DNA of 64,000 bases from NCBI GenBank assembly GCA_965113315.1, contig OZ220370.1; one strand, given 5' to 3'. Of the stretch, positions 12,850 through 24,942 are shown one piece after another. Position numbers and translations under genes: made by a program. The notes under the pieces are model-generated. The model ran no database searches, was not told the DNA's origin, and was given only the letters and a program-made list of their open reading frames with translations. Within the stretch, counting starts at the first letter, position 1. Every line of letters starts with the position of its first letter. The stretch is from Podarcis vaucheri. Taxonomy: Eukaryota.

Positions 12850-13725
12850 TTCACTTGTTTGTCCTTTGTCTCCCATTCCAATTACATTTTATACACTTTA
12901 GATATTACTTTAACATTACAGTTTAACAGGTCTCTCTCTAGTTGTGATAGTTGTTCCCCAAACCCCCACTTCATATCCTTTTTAAATACTTCATTCAAAT
13001 GATGATATTGTAACCATGTTGTTAACATCCCTGATAAATTCTTAAACTATTTTAATTTAAATTCTCCACCCTTCTCTCTTAGCAGATTTCTATGTCACCC
13101 AACCTTCCATCATATTTTTATTTTTCAACACTATGACTTCCAAAGGTGAAAGCCAAAGTGGTGTTTTAGTCTCCAATAAGTTTTTATATTTATCCCATAT
13201 TCTATACATTTTTTCCCTAATTATATGGTTTGTGAAACCTTATGTACTTTTGCCTTTTCATACCACAAATAAGCATGTCAACCCCAAATATTATCATGAC
13301 CTTCCAAATCTAAAATATGCAAATTCTTCAATAACAACCACTCCTTCAACCAGCACAGACAAGATGCTTCATAATATATCTGGTGGGGAGAAACCTCCTC
13401 CCTCTTTCGTATCTATCAGTATTTTATATTTTATTCTCTGTTTTTTCCCTTGCCAGGTATATTTAGAAATATATTTTTTGCCATTTGTTGAAACAATCTG
13501 TCGTGTCAATCACCAGTATTGATTGAAACAAAAATAAGATTTTTGGTAGTACATTCATTTTTATGGTTGACACTCTGCCCAACAATGAAAGCTTCATTCT
13601 ACCCCATATTTGCAAATTTCTATTAATATCCTCCCAAGTTCCCAAATAGTTATCTTTATAAAAATTTATATTATTTGCCGTTAACCATACACCTAAATAT
13701 TTTGTAGGTTTTTATTACTCTCATC
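12850..13725 (-). mobile_element. L1-clade LINE ORF2/3' fragment
   Basis: Peptide W...KLSLLGRVSTIKMNVLPKILFLFQSI is typical of the region after the RT in L1 ORF2, and the minus strand is A-rich. Confidence 0.8.
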
Positions 13726-14896
13726 ATTTATATTTTTTACCAGGAGCTTGATTTAATCTTTATTAATGTTAAGACCTGCTTTTTTTTTCTTTTTAATGTG
13801 TGCTTTTAAGTTTACAGAACAAATACATAGGTCAAGAATGGGAACCTTTGGCCCTCTAGTTGATGCCGGACTAAAACTCTCATCCTGGCATTTGGCTATA
13901 CTGGTTGGTGCTGATGAGTCCAGTGAATATGAAGGGTTTATATAATAAACTGTGGTTTTCATAAAGGGTAGGAGATGACTTACTGCATTTTAAACTTAGA
14001 AAAATAGAGCTACTCTTACACACACAAAACGTTACACTCTGGCTATTTATTCTCCTAGATTCTACTTATTTTACAAGGCATTCCTCTGCTGCTTATAATT
14101 TCTTCTCCTAATAACAGTGTCTTTTGAGGGAGTGATGGTTTCCCTTTAGGTATGTCATATTTCCAGAGAAAAGGGTATTGTCTTTTATTTTAGAACAATT
14201 TATTCTTACATGCCTCATATATACTGCAGTTTATGAAATATTGAAGGCTCATAGTCAGGTTACTCAGATCATCCTCCCCTCTAATAGCAAACATAGGTGG
14301 TTGAGTGCCTATTGGTTTGGAAACAAAATATTACCAAGCAATAAGGTAGCATGTTCTGCATATTTGTGGGACTACGTATGTATGATGATGTGCTCAAATT
14401 CATAAATTACCTGACAAATAACCTGTCAGCTTGTACAACGCTGGTGGCAGTTGACAGCTGGAGAGATAGAGAACATGAGGCTAATGATAGGACAACTTTG
14501 TTGGATACAACCCGTAGTTATTAAATGCTTTTGAGATGGGTGCCCAGTTGCATGGTGGGAAAAGTTGTTTAACTACATCATGATGGTTCATTACAGTTGA
14601 AACAGAAGGGTTAAAAGTCTCATTTGTCATTTATATCATCATTGTTTTTATTCCTTTAAAACCATTCTTCCACTCTGAGATGGTTTTGTTTCCAAAGGCT
14701 AAAAGATTCTCATTGCTAAGAATTTGTTCTAGCAAGATTGCATTTAGCAGGTAAATCTTAACAGACTCACATTTTGAAGCATTGGCATGCCTTTTTAAAA
14801 AATCATGTACACCAATGAGGGCTGTACCGTGTGATTTTTCTGAATGTGCAGAAGAGATGAAATAGCAAAACCACTACAGTTTCCTGCTATTTAAAT

Positions 14897-15260
14897 CAGG
14901 GCTGAGGAACCTCAAGCCTGGGGGTCAAATGCAGCCCTCAAGACCTTCTTATCCAGCCTTTAAGAGTCTTCCCAGCCATGCCCCATCCTGGGTCCATGGT
15001 CCTCATTTGTCCTGCTCTGTGCTGTCCTGTGTGCTTTCATCGGTCTGAAATGTGTCCTTGAACTATGGTGATGCCTCTTTCTTTGCCTGGCTGGAGATTA
15101 ATTAGATGTGTTGTGGAATGATCTAGCTTTTGAGTGAGTAGAATATAGCAGACAGTGCACTTTCCCCCCCCTTTGGCCCTCCCCACCATTTTTATGTAGC
15201 CCCCGTAATGTTCCCATGAGCATTCATGAGCAGGCTAAACAAATTTCTCCATCCCAATAT
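14897..15260. mobile_element. Degenerate hAT-type non-autonomous element
   Basis: The terminus CAGGGCTGAGGAACCT...GGGGGTCAAATGCAGCCC resembles hAT-Charlie/MER20-like ends, and a decayed opposite end lies near 15255. Confidence 0.5.
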
Positions 15261-15785
15261 AAACAAAAATGCTGGTGAAATGCTGTTTCACGTGCTATTT
15301 TGTTCTTACAGCTGGCCTACAGATGCAGGAAAATCACATGGCAAAACTTTTTCTTCCTCCTAAGAACCCAAGCCTATCATTTTCTTGACATGCTTTCTGT
15401 TGGCATGCAGTTTTTGATGTAGTTTTTTGTTTGTAGTTGCATCCAAACGTGGGATCAGAGCAAGACAGAGTGAGGCAGCTGAGTCCTGCTTCACTGCCCC
15501 CAGGTGTAGAGGAGCATGCTGTCCCTTCACCAGTGCTGAAGTAAGAGTCAATTATTAGTCAGTTGGCTTTGGGCTTTGGTACATGGAATAGGAGAGGCAT
15601 GCCATCTTGTCTTTCCTAAGACAGCAAAATACTTGCATTAGATCTTCTCACCTGCATTCTGATGTGGTATAGTTAAAAAGGACTATACTGTCAGTTTTTT
15701 TCTGAATGTGTAGCTGACCCTTCATGAGACCCATAAAGCAGGCTTGTATGGGTTGAATTAGCGTGACATTACTTTTAAGACACAC

Positions 15786-17915
15786 GGACTTCCGGGTTAG
15801 CGCTATCGGCAAATGGCGGAGTTCCTCCGACCAGAGGAACTGGCTCCGTGGAAACTGGGTCTTCCCGCCGCGGCGAAGGTGGGGACCCGCTAGAAATCCC
15901 AGGTGGAGGAAGCCTGGGGACGTGGGGTTCGGCAGGGCACCTACGCACCGGGAACCCCATTTTGGGGCTCCGGAGTGAAGTGGGGTGAGTGGCGCGGTGC
16001 TGCGAACTGATTGCTACTTTCACGGAGTGAAGCCGCACAGCCATTGCCGAAGAGCGCTGACTTTTTCCTGTGGACAATTGGATTTAAAATAAGTATCCGT
16101 GAGTAGAAACGGAAAATTGGATCAAGAAATATCTTAATTTGGCACCGAAGCGGGAAGGTTCAAAACAGGAACTCCGCCTTCCGCTTTTTGTACATAGACT
16201 GAAGCAAAAACCTTGTAAGCTAAAGCCTGGAAAGTCATTTAAAAAGTTTAAATTTCCTTCATTTTTAATTACTGAAACCCCCTTGGAAGCAGGAGAAAAG
16301 GGGGGGGGACTTTGTTTAATGCCTGCAGGAGAGCGAGTGAAGAAAGATAAGTTTCCACCGTCTCTAACCTGGGAATGGGGTGTCAGAGACAGAAATTCTT
16401 GGAGAGGTTCATTGACTGTGAATGGAATACTTTGACAGATAGCTAAAGAAGATGTTGCCTTCTGAAAAAATATCTGAAAAATGAAAGTAATTTTCCTTTG
16501 TTGGACTTGCCTTAAAAAAATGGATACAAATAGAAGTTGTCTCCTCTAGAGGGAGCTTGCTAAATTGTTGCTGCAGTCTACTTGAGGACTCTACAGCTGT
16601 CAGATTAAGATCGTGGGACCAGTCCTTTTTGACCTTGACTAAATATGAGCTGGGAGGAAGTTTTGGTGCTTGCTTTATGCAAGACAAGTGCCTTGCTGGA
16701 ACAGATGGCATGAGAAGATGGATTTGATGAATGAGAAAATGAATTTGATGACTGTTGTGGTTAATAACTGTGGACAAACAGGGAATATTGATACAGAAAC
16801 TATTCAGGGACCAACTCAGGAACCTGTACTGATTGGGCAAGTGCAGAAGATAATGGAGGAGGTTGCGGTTGCACCTCAAATAATACAAATGGAGAGACCC
16901 AAGGCCCTACAGGAGCATAAGCCGCTGTCTTTGAAGATTGAAGTTGGAGTCGGCCAGGGGGAGTCTGGAGCTGAGGAGGTCCTTAACTTTGGAGAGACCT
17001 TGAAATATGTTTTTAAATATTTTTTGGACTACATTGATGACTGTGGGGAGTAGGACTCTGGGGAATGGGCTGGTTGGATGAAGGGAGACGAAGATAATTT
17101 TGGGTTGGAATCCCCCAGAGACCTACTCCCCAACGAGAAAGGAAAGAAACTAAGAAAGAGACCAACAAAAGACAGGGAGAAGTGCAAGTATAAACAAGAA
17201 GAAGAAAATCTGCAGAAGGGACATGGAAGAGACTTAAGGGCCTCGGACATTAGATTACCAGGTTGATGGACTAGATGGAATGGACAGTAAGGACTGACAC
17301 GACCCGAGACCAGGAAGAAGAGATGTTGGATGAAGATTGGAAGAAAATTTATAAAGAAAAAAAATCCCCCCCTAGGGAATTAGCCTAAAATTAATGAACA
17401 TTAGGGAAAATGTTGGAATGAAACTATATGACTCTAGTAGAAAAGATATCAGGAGTTATGTATGATCGAGTATTAAGCGTTAAGCTCTAAAGTATTTTTT
17501 TTTTTGGTAAGATAAGGTTAAATAACTTAAGGTAATTTGAATAACAGAATATGGGGAAAGGATGGAAAGGATTTGTTGTGTTAATTAATAGGTTAAATTG
17601 TTAAGATAAATTATTTAGTAAAAATTGAGAAAGATGGAAAGAATTTGCTGAAATAATCAATTAAACTAGAATACAAAAAGGGAGGTGTGAGGAGGTCAAT
17701 GAAACAAGCAAATGGAAGTTAAAGATATGTAATATGGGATTTGTGTCTTTCCCCCCCCTTCTTTTTTATCTTTTTGCTGTATTGTTGCATTGGTTTTTAT
17801 GTCTTGTTTTTTCCCCCTCTTGTTTTTTCTCTCTCTATGTATTGTAGTGTTGTTGTTGTTTTTTTCTTTTCTGTAATTTTGAAATTATTAATAAATATTA
17901 TTTTTTTTAAAAAAA
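15786..17915 (+). mobile_element. 2.13-kb non-autonomous L1-like (HAL1-like) retroelement
   Basis: It has an exact 16-bp TSD TACTTTTAAGACACAC (15770-15785 and 17916-17931), a CpG-rich 5' end with ACTTCCGG and AAATGGCGG, broken central ORFs, and an L1-type 3' end with AATAAA (17890) and an A tail. No RT motifs were seen. Confidence 0.8.
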
Positions 17916-18377
17916 TACTTTTAAGACACACAATGGTGTTGAAAAGCTGTGAAAACTTCCTTTTAGAGCAACCTCAAGACTTTTATTTGGATTCTTTTCC
18001 TTTAGGTATCATTTTGGCATGTTGTTCTTTCTTGAAAGCATACGTGTTATTGAGTTACTGGGTTATTTCATGTTTTGATCTTTTTTTATATAAAAAAAAA
18101 TCTGTCTAGTTACTCTCTGCCTCTTTTTTTAAAGTTTGCAATAGCACTATTAAGTGCTGCTGTTACAGTCCAGAAGACGAGATCCCCGTTGGAATCCATC
18201 TCCCATGCAAATACCTCATGTGAATGTGTATCTTTTGTTCCTCCACATCCAGTGGACAATTTTTGTGCATGACTAGAGTTGAATTGGAATCCGTATATTC
18301 TTCACCATCTGGTTCTGCTAGGTTTAAAAATGGGATGCTGACTTAACAAAAGAAGAGTTTTACAAAATATGTCTATA

Positions 18378-18709
18378 CAGTGGTGCCTCGCAAGACGAAA
18401 AGAATCCGTTCTGTGATTCTCTTCGTCTAGCGGTTTTTTCGTCTTGCAAAGCAAGCCCATTGACGGATTAGCGGATTAGCGCTATTAGCGGCTTTTAGCG
18501 GCTTATCTGCTGATCGGATCAGCTGATAAGCGGCTTATCGGCTTAGAAAAAGGGGGGGAGGGGAAAACCAGCAGGAACTCGCAAGACATTGTCGTCTTGC
18601 GAAGCAAGCCCATCGGAGATTCGTTTTGCAAAGCACCTCCAAAACGGAAAACCCTTTCGTCTAGCGGGTTTTCCGTCTTGCGAGGCATTCGTCTTGCGGG
18701 GCACCACTG
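18378..18709. mobile_element. Young Tigger-like MITE
   Basis: 22-bp TIRs CAGTGGTGCCTCGCAAGACGAA / TTCGTCTTGCGGGGCACCACTG (1 mismatch), a TA TSD, and retained CpGs. Confidence 0.9.
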
Positions 18710-18986
18710 TAGTTACAAGTAGATTAATCCTGATGAAAAGTGAATCATTATCCTTAGTGTTCTGGATAGCCATTGCTGTTTATTCTCATAAAGACTTACT
18801 ATATTGTGCTTTTGATAGAATGAAATGCTTAGGAGCACATTTCTCTCATAAGATGCTTTTCTAATGTACACTTTATCCATGGAGAAATCTGTGCTCCCTC
18901 TCCTTGTATAAAAAATGTAACTTTTGTGTGCTGGACAGTGAATGGGGGAACTTACCACTCTTAATAAGCATTCATCCTTCTATGAG

Positions 18987-18988
<2 letters not shown>

Positions 18989-19021
<33 letters not shown>
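18989..19021. repeat. (TG)n microsatellite
   Basis: Direct reading of the sequence. Confidence 0.95.
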
Positions 19022-19023
<2 letters not shown>

Positions 19024-21449
19024 ATACACAAATATAAGGGACTCAATACTGCAGCGCTATCAAGTGCAAAGCATTCACATCAGCATTCCCAAGAAGGTGT
19101 GGCAAAGGCATAGAGAATTTCCATGGATAGTGTTTTGTGAGTCTCTTACATATTGTAACATATGTAAAGGACTCACTCTGGCTACATGAAACCTTAACTG
19201 CTGGCATCACTAGTGGGCATTTCAGGATTCCAGGTGGGTGGTAGGGAGTTCTACAGCACAAGCTGAATCTGCCTTCCATTGAGCACTGGTGGGCGGTAAG
19301 GAAATTTTACCATCAATAAAGATGCATTAGTGGGCGGTAGGTATAAAAAGGTTGACTACCCCTGATTTAGACAGACCAGGCAGCATAATTCAAGATCGCC
19401 TACTTCCTCTTCTTCTTTGGCGATCACTTGTACCCTACCTACTATGTAGTGCTTAAGTCCAGGCTCTGGCAATACTTCTTGTTTGCATCCCATACAAATT
19501 AAGAATGTGTTCCAATAATTCTGTATGCCAAAGGAATTTTGGACAAACTCTCCATTTGTTCATTTTAATAGCCATATATCTGCCCAAGCTTTCACTGCGT
19601 TTTCCCATGAACTGTGACTGCTGGTCAGCCTACTGTGCACAGCTAATTATTATTCACACTGTTTTTGATTGATTGATAGGTTGATAGGTATTTTGTATGC
19701 TGAAAAGTATGGAAATTCCTAAGTGACATACATTTTAAGACTTGAAAGCATATATTGCACAAAATAAAATATAGGAAAGCATCTTGAGTAGTGCAACCAA
19801 CATGGCTGACTCACACTACAGGGAGAGCCATACCACAGTCAACACTCAAGGTGAAGCCTTCCTATAAATTGATTTTCCACAAAAAATGCTTCAAGTAGCC
19901 ATTGGAAACAATTCTGCAGCATTCAGTTTTCTGCTAGTCCAGCTTGGCTACACATTGAACAGATTGTGCTAAAAATATAGCATGCATGCTTCTTTTTCAG
20001 TCACCGGTCATTCTAGAGAAAAGAAGCATAAGCTAACTGTATCTGACGCCTCCTGTGCTGCTTTTTCTGAAGACAGTTTTAATGATTCTAGAAAAGAACA
20101 AATGCCCATGAGTTTCCTCTGATAAGCCTATACTTGAGACCCAGGAACATTGCCAGTGATGTGGATACATCTGTAAAAATGGAGCACCAGCTATGGTTGA
20201 CCAGCTAAAGAAAAAAAATGTTTTGTTGTATTTTATTCATGCTTATTTTATTTTAAAAAATCCATTATTTCTGCCATATCTTCATTTTTATTTTTGCATT
20301 TTCTCTCCCTTTTTTAAACACATCGCAGTGCCAGAGAATGGGGATGAAGGTAGGGCAGTTTATTGACTGTTTTATTTCTTCTGTAGCTATGATAGTCTTC
20401 AGTGTGTTACTGACTGTATTCCTTGGGCTGAAAATATTGTTTTGAAAGGATTGCCTCAAATAGCCCTCTTTGTGGTTATAGCCTGCCAGCACTTCATGGG
20501 CTCCCCATGCAACTGTTGTCATCATTGTTGTTAATTTGTACCCCGCCCATCTGACATGGTTGCCCCAGGCGCTAGGTGTTTTCCAACATATATAAAAACA
20601 CAATAAAACAAAATAAAACTGCTAGTTGAAAAGCCATGGTCACCTCAACATACAGGCCCCACCACAATCACCTGATCAGGTATGAAGCCCAGGAAACCAC
20701 ACCTTTACTCGATTCTTTCTTTTGCCTTATCAACTAACATGCACAGAAGTCAGACTCTTAAATCAGGACCAAAATGGGGCCTCCCAGGGGCAGGGTGAGC
20801 AAGGCTGAGCCTGCCTCAGATCTGTTGGATTCCCAAGCTGGCTTCACGGCTGTCACGTGATCACACAGGGCCTGATGCAGTTCTGATGACTGCACTGGGG
20901 TCACTCTGCAGGAAGAGACCAGCCCAATCCACCTCCAGCCTGGCACAAAGGGCATTTGGATTGCTCTGAATGCTACGACGTAAGAGGATAAGAATTTTTG
21001 ACCCTAAAGGTAAAAAGCCTTAAAAGTACACAAAACCCTTGATAATCAACGAGAAACGGAATATCCACAGGTTAGTAGCAGGGGGAAAAACAAGCTCCCC
21101 TTCCCCTGCTTTAAAACAATCATGCCCAGAGGGAGGCTACATTTCTAATTGAAGCTGAAGAGGATTATTAATGAAGCAAGAGACCTTTTAAATTGTATGA
21201 AAGGTGGAATTTTGAATGGAATTCACTTTATTAGCTCTCAAAATAAACTTCCACACATCACAACTTCTTAATTACACTGATTACCTGGTATTTACGCTCC
21301 TTGAAACGGACATGAAAGTGACATCTCCCATCAGGCTTGTCATTAGTTTTAACATCTCATCATTGTCCTAAGCCAGGCAAGAGCAACCTAGCTGGTCACT
21401 TGGGCTAGTAATATTTTTAGCTGAGCCAATGAAGCATGCCAGCAGGCCA

Positions 21450-21704
21450 AAGAAGAGGAGAAGGAGGAGTTTGGATTTGATATCCCGCCTTCCACTCCCC
21501 TTAAGGAGTCTCAAAGTGGCCAACTATCTCCTTTCCCTCCCTCCCTCACAACAAACACTGTGAGGTGAGTGAGGTTGAGAGACTTCAGAGAATAGTGACT
21601 AGCCTAAGGTCACCCAGCAGCTGCTTGTGGAGGAGCGGGGCAGCGAACCCAGTTCACCGGATTATGAGTCCATCGCTCTTAACCACTACACCATGCTGGC
21701 TCTC
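21450..21704 (-). mobile_element. Squam3-like tRNA-derived SINE
   Basis: Reverse complement of the SINE at 50147-50400, with a tRNA-like head and a CTT-type tail. Confidence 0.85.
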
Positions 21705-24700
21705 ACACCACTATGCCATGGGCATGCTGAACCATGAGCTGGGTCTCATCAGATTGAGGCTGCAGCTGCTTCAATGCTTTTATCATCAAACAAGTGTGTA
21801 GGAAAGGGCATTTCGAAGCTAGCATTTGTGGAATGTCATAGTCTAAGGAATTACAGAGACAGCATGCTAGGTTTATGGGCTGGTTCACTTGTACACATTT
21901 TTAGGCCTTGAATGCCTATTCTAGATCCCTTCATCTCTTGCATATGTATTTTTAAATATATTTTATTCATATGAAATCAACGTGATGGTTTATATTCTCA
22001 AAAATGGGATCATACTTAAGTTTCCAACCAACCCACTTGTTACCTACTTCATGGTATAAATATGCATTGTTCTCAATTCTTTTTGAGTAAGGGGATAGAA
22101 AAGACTTTCCTTAAAATGCCACACAGTCAGAGACTGAAATATTCTGTACAGTATATTGCCACAAGAGTAGTATTGGTTGTCAACTCGGGTCAACTCAACT
22201 ACATGATGATGGGACCACAGAAATTCAGAATATTATATGAAAACAATAATGACAGTTATTCAGGTATAGAACCTTGGGTAGACATTTGATCTCTTCATCT
22301 TTTAAGAGAGCCGGTATTTTCAAACTTTTCCTGAATCTAGAATGGGCTAGAAACTCAGTGTTTAAAATGGAAGCTGCAGTGGTATGTTTCACCAGCTGCT
22401 ATTTTCCAAAAATAGTGAAGTTGGCTGTATTCAGGAAAACTGCTTTGGGGTAAGCAGTACAACGGACATCTGTCTCATCACCATATTGTCTTACTTTAAA
22501 GACAAAACAAAAACAATCCCTCTTCCCCTTGTCACAAACTTGAAAATCTGTTTTGGAAAACAAAATACAAGTGTCATCCTATGGCAGAAATGTTTTTCTC
22601 TTGTTAACTGTTGTGTCTTTGACATGGCGGACATGATTGGGATCCCAAGAACAATATAACATAGAAATCTGTCTAGCCTACACAACAACACGGATTGCAG
22701 TGGCTTCCTTAATAAATGTTTAAGGGTTAAATACTAGGCTTACATTCCTTTACATTCCTTGGAAAATATTTTTTTTTTTGTTAAATATTGCCATGTAAGA
22801 CCTGCCTTCCTTGCAAGTGGAGGAGATAAAGGGGTTGCTCGTTTGCATATGTTCATTCATTTAAACAGATATAGATGATGATAATGATGATGATAATAAT
22901 AATAATAGGCATATAAATAAATTATTGGTTTGATTAACGCTATTAACCACTTCCTATAAAACATCTCAGAATGATTAACAATAATAACATAAACAATAAA
23001 AATGTATAAAACAATTTAACATATAAGAGCAATTAAAACCATTCCATATATAAACAAATAAATAAATTCCAGTGCAGATACCGATTGGGATAAAAAATCC
23101 CCACTTAAAAGTGTTGCTGAAAAGGAAGGTTTGCAGGAGGCACCAAAAAAACAATAGTGATGGTGTTTGACTGATATGTAGCAGGAGGGAGTTTCAAAGG
23201 CTTGGTATCACCACTCTGAATGCATTGTAACTGTATTATCAGAATTGTCTAAAAGATGGTTGGATAAAAATCCAATAAAGCTAGTTTACAAGAAAATGCC
23301 AAGCACCAATATAGCATTTCTATAGTTTGCTTCTCTGATGTGTATTTTGTACATTAACTAGGACATAGTTAATTCATATCCATATTTGATATTAAAAGTA
23401 TTATAATTAAGGGAGAATGTAGAAGAGGTTAGTATCATTGGTATTGTACAGGAATCTTGGTCATAGTTCTTCTATTTTGTTTCCTAAATTAATGATCAGT
23501 AGCAGCAGTTACTGTTATTTCTTTTAATTTTGGCTTGAATATTCTTAAATAATTGCATGTACTGATTTATGACTAAGTGAGAACAACAGACCTCATAATC
23601 ACAGAGCTACAGAAGAATAGCTTCAGTCCAGAGAAACTTAAGCATGTTTATGTCTGAGCAAAGCCTCCTGTATCATTTTTGAAGCCTCTTTGAGCAACAA
23701 TTTGCCATTATTAAAAAAAATGCTTTAGCACCTCATTGCATACATATTCTTGTTCTCTCACCCTCCATTATAATATTTGGTATACATTTCTGACACTTGA
23801 CTGCAGTTTCATTCTGTTCTAGATTGTTACTACAATATCCTTCTGCTTAACTAAACTGCTTCCATGAAACGCATTATTATATATTTTCAATTACTATTTG
23901 ATAGTTGTGTTGCAGAAATGGTTGTTGGGAATTTCTTAAATAAATACATACAGCAGCCATTAATATAAAACTTTTTGTTAGCTTCTACATGCTAATATTT
24001 AGTGAAGGAAAATGTAGCTTTTAAGAATAGCTTTTACACTTTAATTTTTTGTTAGGATAAAAAGTATTACTCTTATAAGTCATTCTTCCATGCCACTAGG
24101 GATGAACATATTTGGCAATGTATCAAATATTTTAAGCATTAATTGTTAGGCCCACAAACATAGGATATCCAATGTTAATCACGTTCAGAGTAAATCCACT
24201 GGAATGAATGGGTTTGTGTCCATTTATTCCTCATTAGGTCTACTCTGAGTATATTGCCCATACTCATTTTTTTTAAATACAGAAAATATCTTACCAAGAT
24301 TATTTGATTTCATTGGAAGTAAATTTTACAGGATAGCTTCTATACAATATATAAAAATTATGAGGAAACATTATTTTGTGTTGACTGATCATGTTAAGCT
24401 GGCCTTCATTACTGGCACATTCAAAAATGATTTCCATTTTGAAAATCTATATGCTTGTTCCATGTGTTTCTGCTTTTTAAAAATCATAATGGGTTTGTTT
24501 GCTTGTTTTTCCTCTTGGATAGTCTAGCAACAGCAACAAATCTTGTCAAAACCTTATATTAGAACCATGTTAAATGTTGACACAGTTGGTGTTAAACAAT
24601 TAAATTCTCAATGATTGGGTTTTTTGTTTGTTTGTATATGTGTTTTTGCCTTTGTAGCTATCTTATTCATCACAAACAAAAGAATGGATTTATTGTTTAT

Positions 24701-24841
24701 GTTGAAGAACATACATAATCATTTAAGTCAATCTCCCAATATTCACCATTATGAGTAAAAATGCTTATATTGATGCCATTTTTTAAAAAACAACAACACA
24801 GAATTGTAAATTAACTGGTTATTTTATTTTGAATTTGACAG

Positions 24842-24942
24842 GTGCTATGGATGTGGAAGAAAGAAATCGCCAAATGAAAATGAACAAATACAAACAGGTA
24901 GCAGGATCAGACTCCAGGCTGGAGCAAGATTATCATTCAAAG
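24842..24942 (+). CDS. RIMS2: RIMS2 exon (G)AMDVEERNRQMKMNKYKQVAGSDSRLEQDYHSK; phase 1 to 0; GC donor
   Basis: The acceptor is TTTTGAATTTGACAG. The translation nearly matches recalled RIM2 AMDIEERNRQMKxNKYKQVAGSDPRLEQDYHSK. The exon ends AAG|GCAAGG and has an internal donor CAG|GTAGCA after 24897. Confidence 0.93.
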
